Position numbers and translations under genes: made by a program. Positions 25,496-37,563 of a stretch of DNA of 64,000 nucleotides are shown here, piece after piece. The notes beneath the pieces were generated by a model. That model was not told the origin of the DNA. It was given only the letters and a program-made list of their open reading frames with translations, and searched no databases. The stretch is from Azolla caroliniana (taxonomy: Eukaryota; Plantae; Polypodiophyta): the NCBI GenBank assembly GCA_043228905.1, contig JBHGNT010000003.1, forward strand, positions 1,240,001 through 1,304,000. Reading direction: 5' to 3'. Numbering within the stretch: the stretch's first letter is position 1; every line of letters begins with the position of its first letter.

Positions 25496-27882
25496 GCAGA
25501 GGCCTATTCCAGTTCAACAGGATGCCATTTGGCTTGTCCGATGCAGGCAACACATTTGAACGGATGGCAAATTCAATCTTCGCAGACCTGATCGCTGACG
25601 GCACAATGTTCATATACCTAGATGACATTCTAATTCATACTTCCACATGGCCACAACATATTCAGGTATTACAATCAATTCTACAACGAATACAACAACA
25701 CAATTTGAATTACAGTGGAAAAAATGTAGATGGGGTAGCACACAACTAAAGTTTTTGGGCTACATAATTTATGTCGAAGGCTTATAGATGGACCCAAAGA
25801 AGACCGAGGTCGTGACTAATTTTCCCCGACCAACCACAGTCAAGTCCTTGCAGTGTTTCTTAGGCATGGCGACTTTTTCACTCAGATTCATTCTGAATAT
25901 GGCCACCATAATAGCACCCCTACGACACCTATTGCGAAAAGGCTCCAAATTTGAGTGGACAACAGAATGTGAGAACAGCTTCATCCAATTAAAAAATACA
26001 CTACACCAAGCAGGTCAGTTGGCTCACCCAGATTTCTCACGCCCCTTTCTTTTGCAGATAGACGCATCCAATCATGGCTTGGAAGCCGTCCTACAACAAA
26101 CGCCCAATTGCCTATATAAGTCGATCCCTTATTCCTGCAGAAAAGAATTACTCCACAATAGAAAAGGAATGGTTAGCAATCGTATGGGCTTTCACAAAGT
26201 TCCATCCCTATTTACACGACACCCACGTCAACGTCGAAACAGACCACCAACCCCTAGTCCATCTAATTAACAAGCCACACCCACCAAGTCGCCTATTAAG
26301 ATGGGCAATGGTTTTACAGGAGTATCGGTACACATTAACTTATAAAAAAGGAGTCCAAAATGTGATCACCGATGGGTTGTCAAGAGTAGAAACACAATGT
26401 GTTCAATTCAACCCTACAATAGTCCAATTACCCACAACGATGGCCCAAATAGCAGCCCTACAACAAGCCGACGAACAAATACGACAAATCACCCATGACA
26501 TCCAATTGACAACAAGCAAAAAGGTACACAACCATTTCCAATTGCAAAACAATGTCTTATACTTTATACAAACAGGGAAAGAGCCACGAATCTACATATC
26601 ACAAAGCTTGAGGAATTTATATATGCAATTTTTTCACGATCATCCGATGTCTCGCCACCTTGGATTCCACAAGGTGTTGGACAAGATCCGTCTCCGATAT
26701 TATTGGCTGCAAATGCGTACAACGATCATAGCCTACATCAAACAATGTCACTCATGTCAACAAATTAAGCCACCCCATTCCAATGATGGCCTACTCCAAC
26801 CTATTATTGTTTCTAAACCCTTTGAATTAATCGGATGGGATATCATCGGCCCGTTTCCCGAATCCCAGGTAGGAAACAGGTATATCTTAGTCATATCTGA
26901 ATACTTGACGTGATGGACCGAAACCGCCGCAATTCCGGATACACGAGTTGTCACCATAGCAACGAAGCTGATGGAGCGGATCATTTTCCCACATGGCTAT
27001 CCAGCTGCATCCTATCAGATCAAGGACCACAATTTAGCGGAGAAGTATTGCAAGCATTAGCCACACAATTAGGCATTCAACAAATATTCACCTCCCCATA
27101 TCATCCCCAAACGAACGGATGAACAAGACGATTAAACAACAACTTACCGCATTCATCGATCCACTACACACAACGTGGGACTTGATCCTACCCTTCATCA
27201 CACATGCATATAACACTTCGGTGCAGGCCTCGACTCGAATAAGTCCTTTCAGAGCACTATATGGAAGAGACCCTCGTTTACCCCCCGACATAAAGGTGGA
27301 TCTGCCCAAAAAACATACTCGAACCGATGCAATGGATTGGTGGTTGCACTTGTAACAGGTCCAACCTATCTTACGGATGAGCATACACAAGAATCTACCA
27401 TTGGCTCAGTCACGACAAAAACGGTGTTATGATAAGGGCCGTCGAGTAGTAGAGTACACAACCGGAGCAAAGGTCCTAGTCTATTTCCCAATCCGGCGAC
27501 AAGGACTCAGTGAATCAATGATGCATCGATGGATTGGCCCTTTTACGGTCATCCGTTCAATGAGGGCCAACACCTATTCCCTTCGTCGAGATGCTAATGG
27601 ATGGATTACCTATGCGCACGTGATACGGATGAAGCCATATATGCTCCAATCCACAACTCACGCAACACAAGAAGAAGAAACTCACCATGATGTCCCCTAC
27701 ACAGAGGACTCAGGAAACCCTTCAATCGCAGCCAGCCAACAAGACAAAGCAGAGCCGCCATCACACACGAGCAAGCGAGACGCGTTCTGCCATGGCAACG
27801 CGATGGAGGTAGCTCCCACAGTAAAGGAGCAGAGATGCCATCAGACACAGTCGACATGCTCAGATTTTTTGAAGGGGGGAGT

Positions 27883-28124
27883 TGTGCAGTCACGTGGTAA
27901 AATCATAGGCTAAAACCCCTCACCTAACCCAAGTGGCTATAACCAGGGTTAGGGGAGTTAGACCTTGAGTTAGTTAGTTATGCTATAGTTAGTAAAAGGT
28001 TAGTTAGAGGAAAGTAACTAGAAGTGTGCAAAGATAACCGAATGGATCTTGGAATGTATTACCAAGTTGTATAAAAGCATTTAGATGGAATGGAAATGAG
28101 GATAGAGTTTTGAGGCATTTTACA
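27883..28124 (+). repeat. 3' LTR of Gypsy A
   Basis: Matches 7378-7618; preceded by the PPT. Confidence 0.95.
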
Positions 28125-28858
28125 ATATATTTGGCTGTCGTTGTGTGACAACTTAGATAAAAAAAGGTGGGGCAATCACTCTCCCCATAAGAGCAAACAA
28201 CTACTTGAAAAAACTTGTTATTTTTCAACAAGCATCAAGATACAACTAGCAAGCATTTGAACACAATTAGCCATAAAAAACAGTAAAAATATGTTTTATT
28301 TGAATTAGGAAGAACAAGATTTTATTTATTAAAATTACAATATCCCATCCCATTGCATTAGATAAGGTACATGAACGGACGAGAGGGAATGATGATACCT
28401 TATCTCTATCGACCTCTTGACTTTGATCTTGAGAATTGGAAAACCTTTCTTGATGTTGATTGATTGATCATTTGATGAATGTATTGTCTTTGTGGCCTAG
28501 ATCATTTGATTCCTTCTTAAATGGGTGTTCAAATAAGACTACATGTGCATGGGAGTGCATCCGATGTGTGACCACCACTTGGCACATACGTGTTAATGTG
28601 TGATGCATGAAAGTCATGTTGTTCATTTGAGTCAACATGTAATGCAATAATATATCACACATATTAAATTTTTTGTAGAAATTGGTTGATATGGAAAGTT
28701 GTGGGTTCAAGTCTCATACATGACACTTACAATACTATTTGAACTTATTTTCCTGAAACCATAAGCTTGTGAGACAAAATGTGTAAATCTTTGGATAATT
28801 TAGATTTCAAATCTATGGTGTGTTATGAAGAACAAGAAAGATCCTTGATACTTTTCAC

Positions 28859-29416
28859 TAGCAATGGGCGCGGTTCGATTTCGGTTTCAAGGCAAAGAAA
28901 CCGAATTGAACCGAAACCAAACCGTTTATTTAAAACAAAAACCAAACCAAACTGTTTATGAACTATCAGTATTGAAACCAAACCATTTAAGAAATAGTTG
29001 AAACCAAACCGAACCATTTAATAAAAAAATAAACCTAACCACTTAAATTAAACTAATTAAACATCTAAATAAACAAAAATACATTAAATTAAATAAGCAT
29101 TTAAGTTAAATTTATTAAATCAATAAAAGAAACTTTAATTGAACCATTAAATTAAATAAACATATAAGTTAAATGAATTAAATCAATAAAAAACCATTAA
29201 TTAAACCATTAAATCAAGAAACTATTAAGGTAAAACAAAAGTTAACCAAAAACATATAAGCCTTTAAACCAAACCTATAAACCTGAATTTTAGAACCAAA
29301 CCGAACTGTTTATCGAAAATCCAAACCAAACCAAACAATTAATTTTTTTTGGAACCAATAAACCATTAAACCATGGCTTAACGGTTCGGTTCGAGCCGAA
29401 ACCGTGCCCATTGCTA
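28859..29416. mobile_element. hAT-type MITE upstream of CYP copy 1
   Basis: TIR TAGCAATGGGCRCGGTT; 8-bp TSD CTTTTCAC; AAACCG/AACC subterminal repeats; empty sites in paralogous blocks at about 36213, 40791 and 51728. Confidence 0.93.
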
Positions 29417-30007
29417 CTTTTCACTTTAACAAATAACTATATTGATTTTGCAAGACTAAGCTTCAAATTCTATAAAGTTAAGTAATCACATATGAAAAAC
29501 GTAGGGCTCGAGCATTCATTTAGTAAAATGTTGGGCAAATCTCAAATTTATAATTTGGGGCATACTAGGATATTTGCCTATATTGGGGCATGTTTGGAAT
29601 GTTGCCAATCTAGGAAGTTCCTCAACGAGCATTCCGGAAATTTTGCTATCAAATTTAGTTGGGCATGTTTTGAGAAGGAATGATAGATAATCTGGACCCT
29701 TTTTCTTGGTTCAACGAGACCCTTTACACTAGTTCAGTGACAATCAAGATGTGGTGGACGTTGATCCCATTCCAATAATGATTTAGAAATTGGTTACTGT
29801 CTTTGAAAAAAAGGTTTGCAAACATGTAGAAATACACATATTCACAACACTATTTTTGTACATGTAGAAATATATTAAGGACTTCATGGAGGGATGGTGA
29901 CATCGTTGGATGCATATGTGTATGGTGTGGTTCTGGTGAAAAAGAATCATATGTGTCTTTGGATGTATTGTTGTCACACATATTGTTCAATGTTCATCGA
30001 CACATAT

Positions 30008-30494
30008 TGTGAAATGCGTAGAATCCGAATCAATAAAACAAACCACCACGGTTCACAAACAATGACAAGATCTAGTGGGCAAGTGGACAAGAAGTAATAA
30101 ATGATACGACACGAAATAAATAAAAACAATCGAACACACAAGACTTTTACATGGAAACCCCACATCAAGGAAAAAAGAAGAGGACCCTTAGGGTACCATA
30201 ACTTCCACTATAATTCAGTTTACAACCGGGTACAACCTCCCTAGATATCAATAGCCGTCGATCAAAGCAGATAAAATTCAGGCGCCACAACTCCGGGATA
30301 TTTTTAGTTATTTGAATTTCCGACCACTTCTTTTCTTCTCTTTGTATTCTCACATTTGCAGTTTCCTCTTAAATATAAAGGTCTATCTAGATAAGATTTC
30401 ATGTAAATTGGGGCTATCGTTTGGGCCTACCAAATGGTAACTAATGAAGCCCAAATCTCATTAGGACTTCTTCTCCATGATGAAGGACAACACA
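30008..30494 (-). mobile_element. Solo-LTR-like insertion ending 47 bp upstream of the CYP copy 1 ATG
   Basis: TGTG..CACA termini; flanks ACATAT/ACAGAT; absent from paralogous upstream regions at about 52360 and 62235; homologous to 36835-37511 and 48339-48640. Confidence 0.65.
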
Positions 30495-30541
30495 ACAGAT
30501 TAGACAAGAAGAAGGAGAACTATCGCTACTATTGGTGACAC

Positions 30542-32228
30542 ATGGCTATGGTGAGCTTCACCTCCATCATCCCTCTAGAGCTCATTGTTGGGGTTACTCT
30601 GTCTCTACTACTAATAGCAGCACTACAGCAGCTATGGAGACCTTCAAGCCAGAATAATAAGAGCCAGAAAGAGAAGAAACTTCCCTTACCTCCGGGTCGT
30701 TTCGGCCTTCCATTTGTCGGTGAAACCCTAGAGTGTCTCAGAGCTCTAAGGAAAGGGATCCCATGGAAATTCTTGGATGACCACATCTCAGCCTATGGAG
30801 AGACCTTCAAGACGAGCTTATTGGCTTCTCCGACAATAGTCCTCGCTAGCCCGGCAGGTAACAAGGCAGCTTTCTCTAACAGCCACTCCGTGTGGCCCAT
30901 TAGCGTTGTCTCTGTTCTTGGCAATGAATCCCTCATGGGGTGTGTCGGGCATCGTGCCACTCGCATTCGCAACGCGCTCATGCAGTTCTTGCGGCTCGAA
31001 TCCTTGCAAAGATACACGAGCCGTGTCAATCTCATTGCGCTAGCATTCATAAGAGATCGCCTTGAAGGCCAATCTAAGGTTGCTCTCTACCCCTTCATGA
31101 AGAAGCTCATGTTCTCCATAGCTTGTGAGGTTTTCATTGGTATAGGGGACAGAGAAGATCAAGATATGCTCCATCGTCCCTTCGACGCCATGGTGAAAGG
31201 CCTCTTTCAGCTGCCAATCAACATCCCAGGAACAGCATATAGCAAAGGAATCGCAGCTTCCGATGCGATAAGAAAGCAGTTGCAGGTATGGATCGAGGAG
31301 AGAAGGAGGAATATGGCAGCTGGCTTGGTCACTGGACATGAAGACATCCTCTCTGGTTTTCTGGCATTTACGGATGAGCATGGACAACCTTTCTCCGACA
31401 AGCAGGTGAAGGACAACATCCTGGCGTTGCTCTTCGCAGGCCATGATACCAGCACTTCTGTAGCCACCATGACCTGCAAGTATCTTGCATCTAATCCCGA
31501 CATATTGGATGAAGTTTACAGAGGTGTGTCTCATGTCCCCCGCAATCATCTCTTGCGGATGAAATGGTTATCTATCAATTCTTGATCAGAGAACATAAAG
31601 TCTTATGATTTTTTGTATGTGTATTTTGGTGGTGATTGCTCAGAGAACAAGGAGATTGCGGCAAGCAAGACCCCCGGTGAGCTCTTGAATTGGGGAGATA
31701 TACAGAAGATGAAGCTTTCATGGAGAGTGGTTCAGGAATCGATGAGGCTGGTGCCAGCAGCTCAGGGGTCATTCAGAGTGGCACACGAAGACATGAGCTT
31801 CGATGGATTCAGAATCCCCAAATCATGGAAGGTGAGAGAACTCCATGAATCAATAGTGACAACTTCCAGCATGGGAGCTCTAAGCTGATCTGATCCATCA
31901 TGCATTGGTTATATTTTCCTGCACACAGATATCGTGGTCCGTGAACTCCACCAATCGGAACCCGAAGTATTTCCGGGAGCCGGAGACGTTCGATCCGTCA
32001 CGCTTCGAAGGAGCAGGCCCAGCTCCATATACATTCGTCCCATTCGGTGGGGGGCCGAGGATGTGTCCGGGCAACGAGTTTGCACGCATGGAGATTTTGG
32101 CGATCCTCCATCTCTTGGTCACTCATTTCTCGTGGACCCTCGAGGATCCCAACGAACTCATATCAATGAACCCTATGCCCTTCCCTGTGAAGGGACTTCC
32201 AATCCTCCTTGAGCCTCGGATTACATGA
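30542..32228 (+). CDS. Cytochrome P450, CYP85 clan (CYP716/CYP725-like), copy 1; exons 30542-31523, 31644-31831, 31929-32228 (489 aa)
   Basis: N-terminal TM anchor, LPLPPG, AGHDTS I-helix, [21 protein letters not shown] heme motif; GT-AG introns; 188-bp middle exon typical of CYP716/725; spliced frame intact. Confidence 0.95.
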
Positions 32229-32472
32229 TTCGATTCGCAACCACATTGTGGTTTGAACATTGCAACAACAAGAGTAGCTTCGGTATTCAGAACGAGGAGC
32301 ATGTTATCTTGCACATATCTATTTCTCCAAAGGTTTTATTCAAATTTAGGTTACTTGCAAAATAAGCGGGGTTATGGAATGAATGAAAGAAAATATTATT
32401 GGACTTTAAGGATGTGGGAATCAAATTTCCATGGATCTACCATATAGTTCTCTTATGCCTCAATGATATAAT

Positions 32473-32642
32473 CAAGACTAGATAGTGAAAATGTTGAGGT
32501 ATAGACACGTAAGAGTGTAATAAGCGCAAGACTAGATAGTGAAAATGTTGAGGTATAGACACGTAAGAGTGTAATAAGCGCAAGACTAGATAGTGAAAAT
32601 GTTGAGGTATAGACACGTAAGAGTGTAAGGTATAGACACGTA
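32473..32642. repeat. 3 x 54-bp AT-rich tandem repeat plus partial copy
   Basis: caagactagatagtgaaaatgttgaggtatagacacgtaagagtgtaa at 32473, 32527 and 32581. Confidence 0.95.
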
Positions 32643-33160
32643 TGAGGCAAACGATGTTCATGAGGCAATGACAATACATAATGGAAGATTGATATTAGTT
32701 AGTCCTTTCTAGCAACCTCGAAAGCAGGTGCGATCCGTCCAAATTTGGAAAACTATGTCCACAATAACATTATGGGTATTATGGAAATATCGATGTAAAC
32801 GACCTTATGATGGGGTAGACATTCATGTCTCAGATGTGTTGTTTGAGTTATGGGAGAACTTGCTGGCTTTAGTCCGTGGTCAGTATGACAATATGCAAGG
32901 TTCCCCAGATACTATGATCAAGAAAAGGAAAAAGCTTCTTCACTTATGGAAAAAGGTGCCCCTGTTTACAATGGTAGCTCAAGAGCCTCAATTGCAATAT
33001 CGACTTCCATGGACTCTTTGAATATCACAAATGTAAACATCCTCGTATTTTATATCAGTGTATAAAGAAAGTTGTAACCTTCTTGGTAGCTAGGTTCAAG
33101 TTGTAGCCTTCGGGCGTTTTGTTCTTAATACTATTGAAGAAAATCTTATATAAAAAAAAA
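32643..33160 (+). mobile_element. 5'-truncated L1-like LINE end with poly(A)
   Basis: ITLWVLWKYRCKR resembles the C-terminus of the LINE at 41221 (ITLWILWKQRCRR); A-run at about 33152-33160; splits repeat unit gacacgta|agagtgtaa. Confidence 0.75.
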
Positions 33161-33199
33161 GAGAGTGTAACAAGCGCCGTGTTTATGCTCGATTATTAT

Positions 33200-34724
33200 G
33201 AGGTATTTATCGAATAAAAGACCACAAAAACACACACAATGATACAATATAGTTGACACAAGATTTAATGAGGAAAAACCCTCAATGAGGGAAACAACCA
33301 CGGGACAAAGTCTAAAATAATCCACTATCAACAAAGAGGATACAACACAAATACAAGCTCTACCTCTAGATATCCAAGATATGTAGCAAAAATACTACTG
33401 ACAAAGTAGGTACAATAATCCAAAGGTATGATAACTAACTCACAAACATATAAGTGAAAAAGAGGAGAAAAGCAAAATCTGGATGATAAAGCCCATAGTT
33501 TGAAGTGATAAACACGTAGATCTCACGTTGAATAGTGGAGTCAAAGGCAGAAGAGTTGAGCACCAAACTTGTTGTTTTTGTTCTCTCTTATGCACTATCT
33601 CACTCTCCCTTTTTTCTCTCATTTTCTTCTTCTTATACTTCTCAAAGAAAACGATCGTTTTGTGTTGTTTTCCCTCTTTTTTTTCTTTACACACACAAAA
33701 AAAAAAGTTTACATGTACCATTTTCAAGAAATAATAAAAGGGTAACTAAAGAAAGAAACAAAAGGTTCGTTTTGTTTCAGTAGAAGAAAACAAAATGGTG
33801 ACCAGACACATCAACAATCTCCCCCTCTGGTCATACAAGGAGAAGATTGCTTGTATCTCAACTCATCTCCATGCTGGCAAGCTTGGCACATAGCTCAAGC
33901 TTCTCCCTTGGAACCACCTTTGTTAGCATGCCAACAACATTGTCATCTGTATGAACTTCCTCTCGCTATAACATCTGCTCCTCGATTGCCAATCGTAACC
34001 AATGATATCTTACATCGATGTGTTTTGTTTGTGAATGATACATTGAATTCTTGCTTAGGTCCATTGCACTTTGACTGTCACAAAAAACCACATAAGTTAA
34101 TTGATTCAAAACCAATTCTAAAAGAAACCTTTTCATCCAAAGCATTTCTTCGCTAACCATCGTGGACAAGGCAACACACTTTTGCAATTTGGATTGCCAT
34201 CATATAGCTCCCCTTGCAAAAGTAAATAAGAAACCAAATGTAAATTTCCTACCATCAAGATCTCCAGCCATGTCGTCAAGATCTCCAACCAAATGCAGAC
34301 ATGGCTGGAGATCTTGATGGTAGGAAATTTACATTTGGTTTCTTATTTACTTTTGCAAGGGGAGCTATATGAGGCATAGGGAATCGATGACATCTCATCT
34401 TTTCTCTCCTTGGTAACTGGATAGTATTTCTCACTCAATTTAAAGTGAGTGGCAAGAGGTGTACTTATTGGTTTTGCATGTTGCATGTTGAACCTCCCGA
34501 GGATTCTTTCTATGTACGTTTCTTGTAAAAGCCACACCTTTGATTCTCTATCACGAGTTATTTGCATACCTAAAATGTGCTTAGCATACCCTAAATTGTG
34601 AAGGTCGATGTCGATGTAGGCACAACACACGTAGATGGGCTTGGATCAAGCTACCAACCGCTCTGATACCATATAAAGAATTACATGATTCTGTGCAGGG
34701 GAAGAGATGTGTATGTGTGTGTGC

Positions 34725-34781
<57 letters not shown>

Positions 34782-35059
34782 AATACAGAAAAATGATAAA
34801 ATTGTATTAACAAGAGAATAAACAACCAATTACTACAAAGAAGAGAAGAGGGTGCATGTGTAGTCACCTTCTCTCTATATTTTCTTACTACGACCACATG
34901 TTGGGAAGGAGGTGGGGACTTAACTACCTAGTGACTATGTGTCATAGGACTTAACTTGTATGACACATTAGTTATGATACAAAGCGGTGGGGTGTTCACA
35001 CACTTGACCATTCCTAAGGTGTGTTTCCACACTAGGGCAGTTGAGTTTGATTCTCAACA
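33200..35059 (-). mobile_element. Degenerate Copia remnants: LTR, PPT about 33815-33826, RNaseH/RT fragment, PBS 34660-34671, second LTR 34672-35059
   Basis: CDSQSAMDLSKN..HSQTKHIDVRYHW; AKHILGMQITRDR; TGGTATCAGAGC on the minus strand. Confidence 0.8.
34200..34372. repeat. Perfect 75-bp inverted repeat with a 23-nt spacer
   Basis: 34200-34274 is the exact reverse complement of 34298-34372. Confidence 0.95.
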
Positions 35060-36657
35060 TCTAACCTAATGAAACACGATCAAGGCTGATTTGATGAAAA
35101 GACCTCACTCCAAGCAGGTACAACCGCAAGGGCAAAGTACAACAGAGTGGCCTACTTTAAGAGTGATTTAGCTCGGTGAAATGCTAGTTTTTTAGGTGTT
35201 TCTCCTCCGAAAGAATGATATTGTAAAGTTGCCGAACAAGATATTTCAATTGGGTTGAATTCTCAGAGTCTATTTTACCAAATGAATTTTACAAAACGAC
35301 CTTCAAAGGGTACCAAGGAAGAGGTATTGGTGGAGACAAAAATAAGGTCAACTGTAGAATCAAAACCTAGCTCTAATACTAGATGTTGGAAATGGCCGTC
35401 TAGTGTGGAACAAAACCAACACTCTTCTGATGAAGATATTTAAGTTGACAACATATAGAAAAATATGTGGACAAATTTTTACATCAAGACAGACAACTGA
35501 ATCAAGACAAGATCAAAAGAACAAGTGCAAAGAGAAGGCAACAAAGTTAGGCACAAGACTATGTAACTGTATTATTTTGCTCAACGTTGCAATGACATAG
35601 TATACAATATCAACAATAACACCAATTAGGTTACAAAGGTCAGTTAGGGAAACTACCCTTGCCAATAATTACAATTATGGCCTAAACCTAGTCTGTCCAA
35701 TGGGACAGTGTGAATACATCCATTATTCTTTTGTATTCGATAGTTCACAGGCTCCCTTCTGTGGTGAGGCAAGCGAGAAGTGGATGTCAACAACTCTTGA
35801 GCATATATGTCAACATTTCCTTGCCTACCTAAGCAAACTCTCTAATCATGTACCTCTCCTATTATCTAACTAAAAATTAATACAAGAACATTACCGATGA
35901 ACGTTGTAATCAAGAGTACACATTGTGATTGTGAGAGAAATTCATGCAAGCATTGGTTATGGTCAAAGATATGTAGAATCATAGTCAAATGTGATCAATT
36001 AAGATAGAAATGCTTATCCTAATGGTCCACATTTGGTGATTCGTGTGTAAGGTTATGGTTTTAGGACTTACACATGACACTTGCAATACATTTTGAATTT
36101 ATTTTCAAGGCAATATAAGCTTGTGAGATAAAAGAGAAAAGGAGAGATAATGTGGAAACCCTTGGATAGTTCACATTTCAAATCTATAGTTAGGCTATGG
36201 TGACGAAGAAAGGTCCTTGATCTTTTTTACTTTACTAATTATGTTGATTTGGGAAGGCCTAAGCTTCAAATTCTCTGAAGTAAAATAATCACGTACAAAA
36301 TGACGGAGGATGCTCGACCATTCCTTTGGTCAAGCACACAGTAACCTCTAATTTTCATATTTGGGGCATGTTTGGAATGCTACATGTTGGGAATTTATCG
36401 TAAATTATAGCCTAGGCTTGTTTCAAGGAGGGGTGATCGATAACCAAGACTCTTTTTGAGGCCCTTTGCCTTGGTTTATTGACAATCAAGATGTGGTTGA
36501 GGTTGACCATTCTCGGGATTCCTAAAGCTTGGCTTCAATTCATTGGTATGATAGGTTGAAAAAAGGTTTGGTACGATCCTGAGTAGAAATATCCTCGCAC
36601 TATTTGCACACATGTAGAAATATATTAAAGACTTGTTGCACACACGTAGAGATGTGG

Positions 36658-36740
36658 ACCAATCGGAACCCGAAGTATTTCCCGGATCCGGAGCTTTGAA
36701 GCTCGATCCGTCTCGTTGCGAAGGAGCAAGCCTGGCTCCA
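36658..36740 (+). pseudogene. Isolated CYP exon-3 snippet in the copy-2 upstream region
   Basis: accaatcggaacccgaagtatttc...gatccgtctcg..gaaggagca matches exon 3 (NRNPKYF..DPSR.EGA). Confidence 0.8.
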
Positions 36741-36834
36741 CTTTGGATCCATGGTAAAAAAGAGAGGAAGAAGAATCATATATCTTTGGATATATGGTTC
36801 TCACACATATTGGTCAATGTTCATTGACACATAT

Positions 36835-37511
36835 TGTGAAATGTGTGGAATCTAAAACAATCAAACAAACCACTGTCCACAAATAGTGACAAGATCTAAT
36901 GGCAAGTTGACAAGTAGTAATAGCCAATGCGATTGAAAATAAATAAAAGCAACCGAGCACACAAGAGACTTTAACGTGGAAACCTCAAATCATGGAAAAA
37001 AAACACAAGACCCTTAGGGTACGAGAACTACAGGAATACACAAGTTTACAAGTGGGTACAACCTCCCTAAATATCACTATAGGAATACACAAGCATTAAG
37101 GCAACAACCTTGGCAACAATCTTCATCCAACAAGAAGAGCAGAAAAACACATTAGTAGAACCTACCTTAGAGGACAGGAAACCACGAACCAACAACCGTA
37201 ATGTGAGTTTCTTAATGGTAGGAACAACTCCTCTGAAATTCAACCCAATCAGAGTTCGTATGGCCATCGATTGGAGCAGATCAAATTCAGGTGCCACAAC
37301 AGGGAGGGTTTTTAATTTTTTGTCTACCACTTCTTTTCTTCTCTTTTTGCTCACACTTTTGGTGCCTCTCTCTTCGCCCTAGAAAACCTCTTTGCCTCCT
37401 CTTAAATATAGGCGTCTTTCTAGATAAGACTTCCTTTTAAGTGGGGTACCATTTGGGCCTACCAAATGGTAACTATTACTAATCAAGCCCAAAGATCATT
37501 GGGAAAACACA
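36835..37511 (-). mobile_element. Solo-LTR-like insertion ending 52 bp upstream of the CYP copy 2 ATG
   Basis: Same element and site as 30008-30494 (longer version); flanks ACATAT/AGATAT. Confidence 0.65.
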
Positions 37512-37563
37512 AGATATTGGACAGAAGGAGGAGGAGGAGAGCTATCGCTACCATTGGTGAAGC

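Larger units (their letters stand above)
8748..27650 (+). pseudogene. Gypsy A pol in four pieces: 8748-9025 PR, 21507-21704 PR, 22653-23125 RT, 25501-27650 RT/RNaseH/IN
   Basis: LFDSGS protease; removing inserts restores CTLKLG|STTITHTF and KTAFRTRR|GLFQFNRMPFG; YLDD, IDAS, TDHQPL, HHCC, WDIIGPFP, SDQG and RWIGPF motifs; frameshifts and stops. Confidence 0.9.
7378..28124 (+). mobile_element. Ty3/gypsy LTR retrotransposon A (degenerate; hosts three direct insertions)
   Basis: LTRs 7378-7618 and 27883-28124 (TG..CA); 4-bp TSD ATAT (7374-7377, 28125-28128); PBS TGGTGGAGAAGATGGGC about 7625; PPT GAAGGGGGGAG 27871-27881; order gag-PR-RT-RH-IN. Confidence 0.95.

Noticed and set aside
32437-32679. 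Repeat-containing ORFs and possible relation to the other 54-bp array
   Set aside because: AT-rich tandem duplication unrelated in sequence; the equal period looks coincidental
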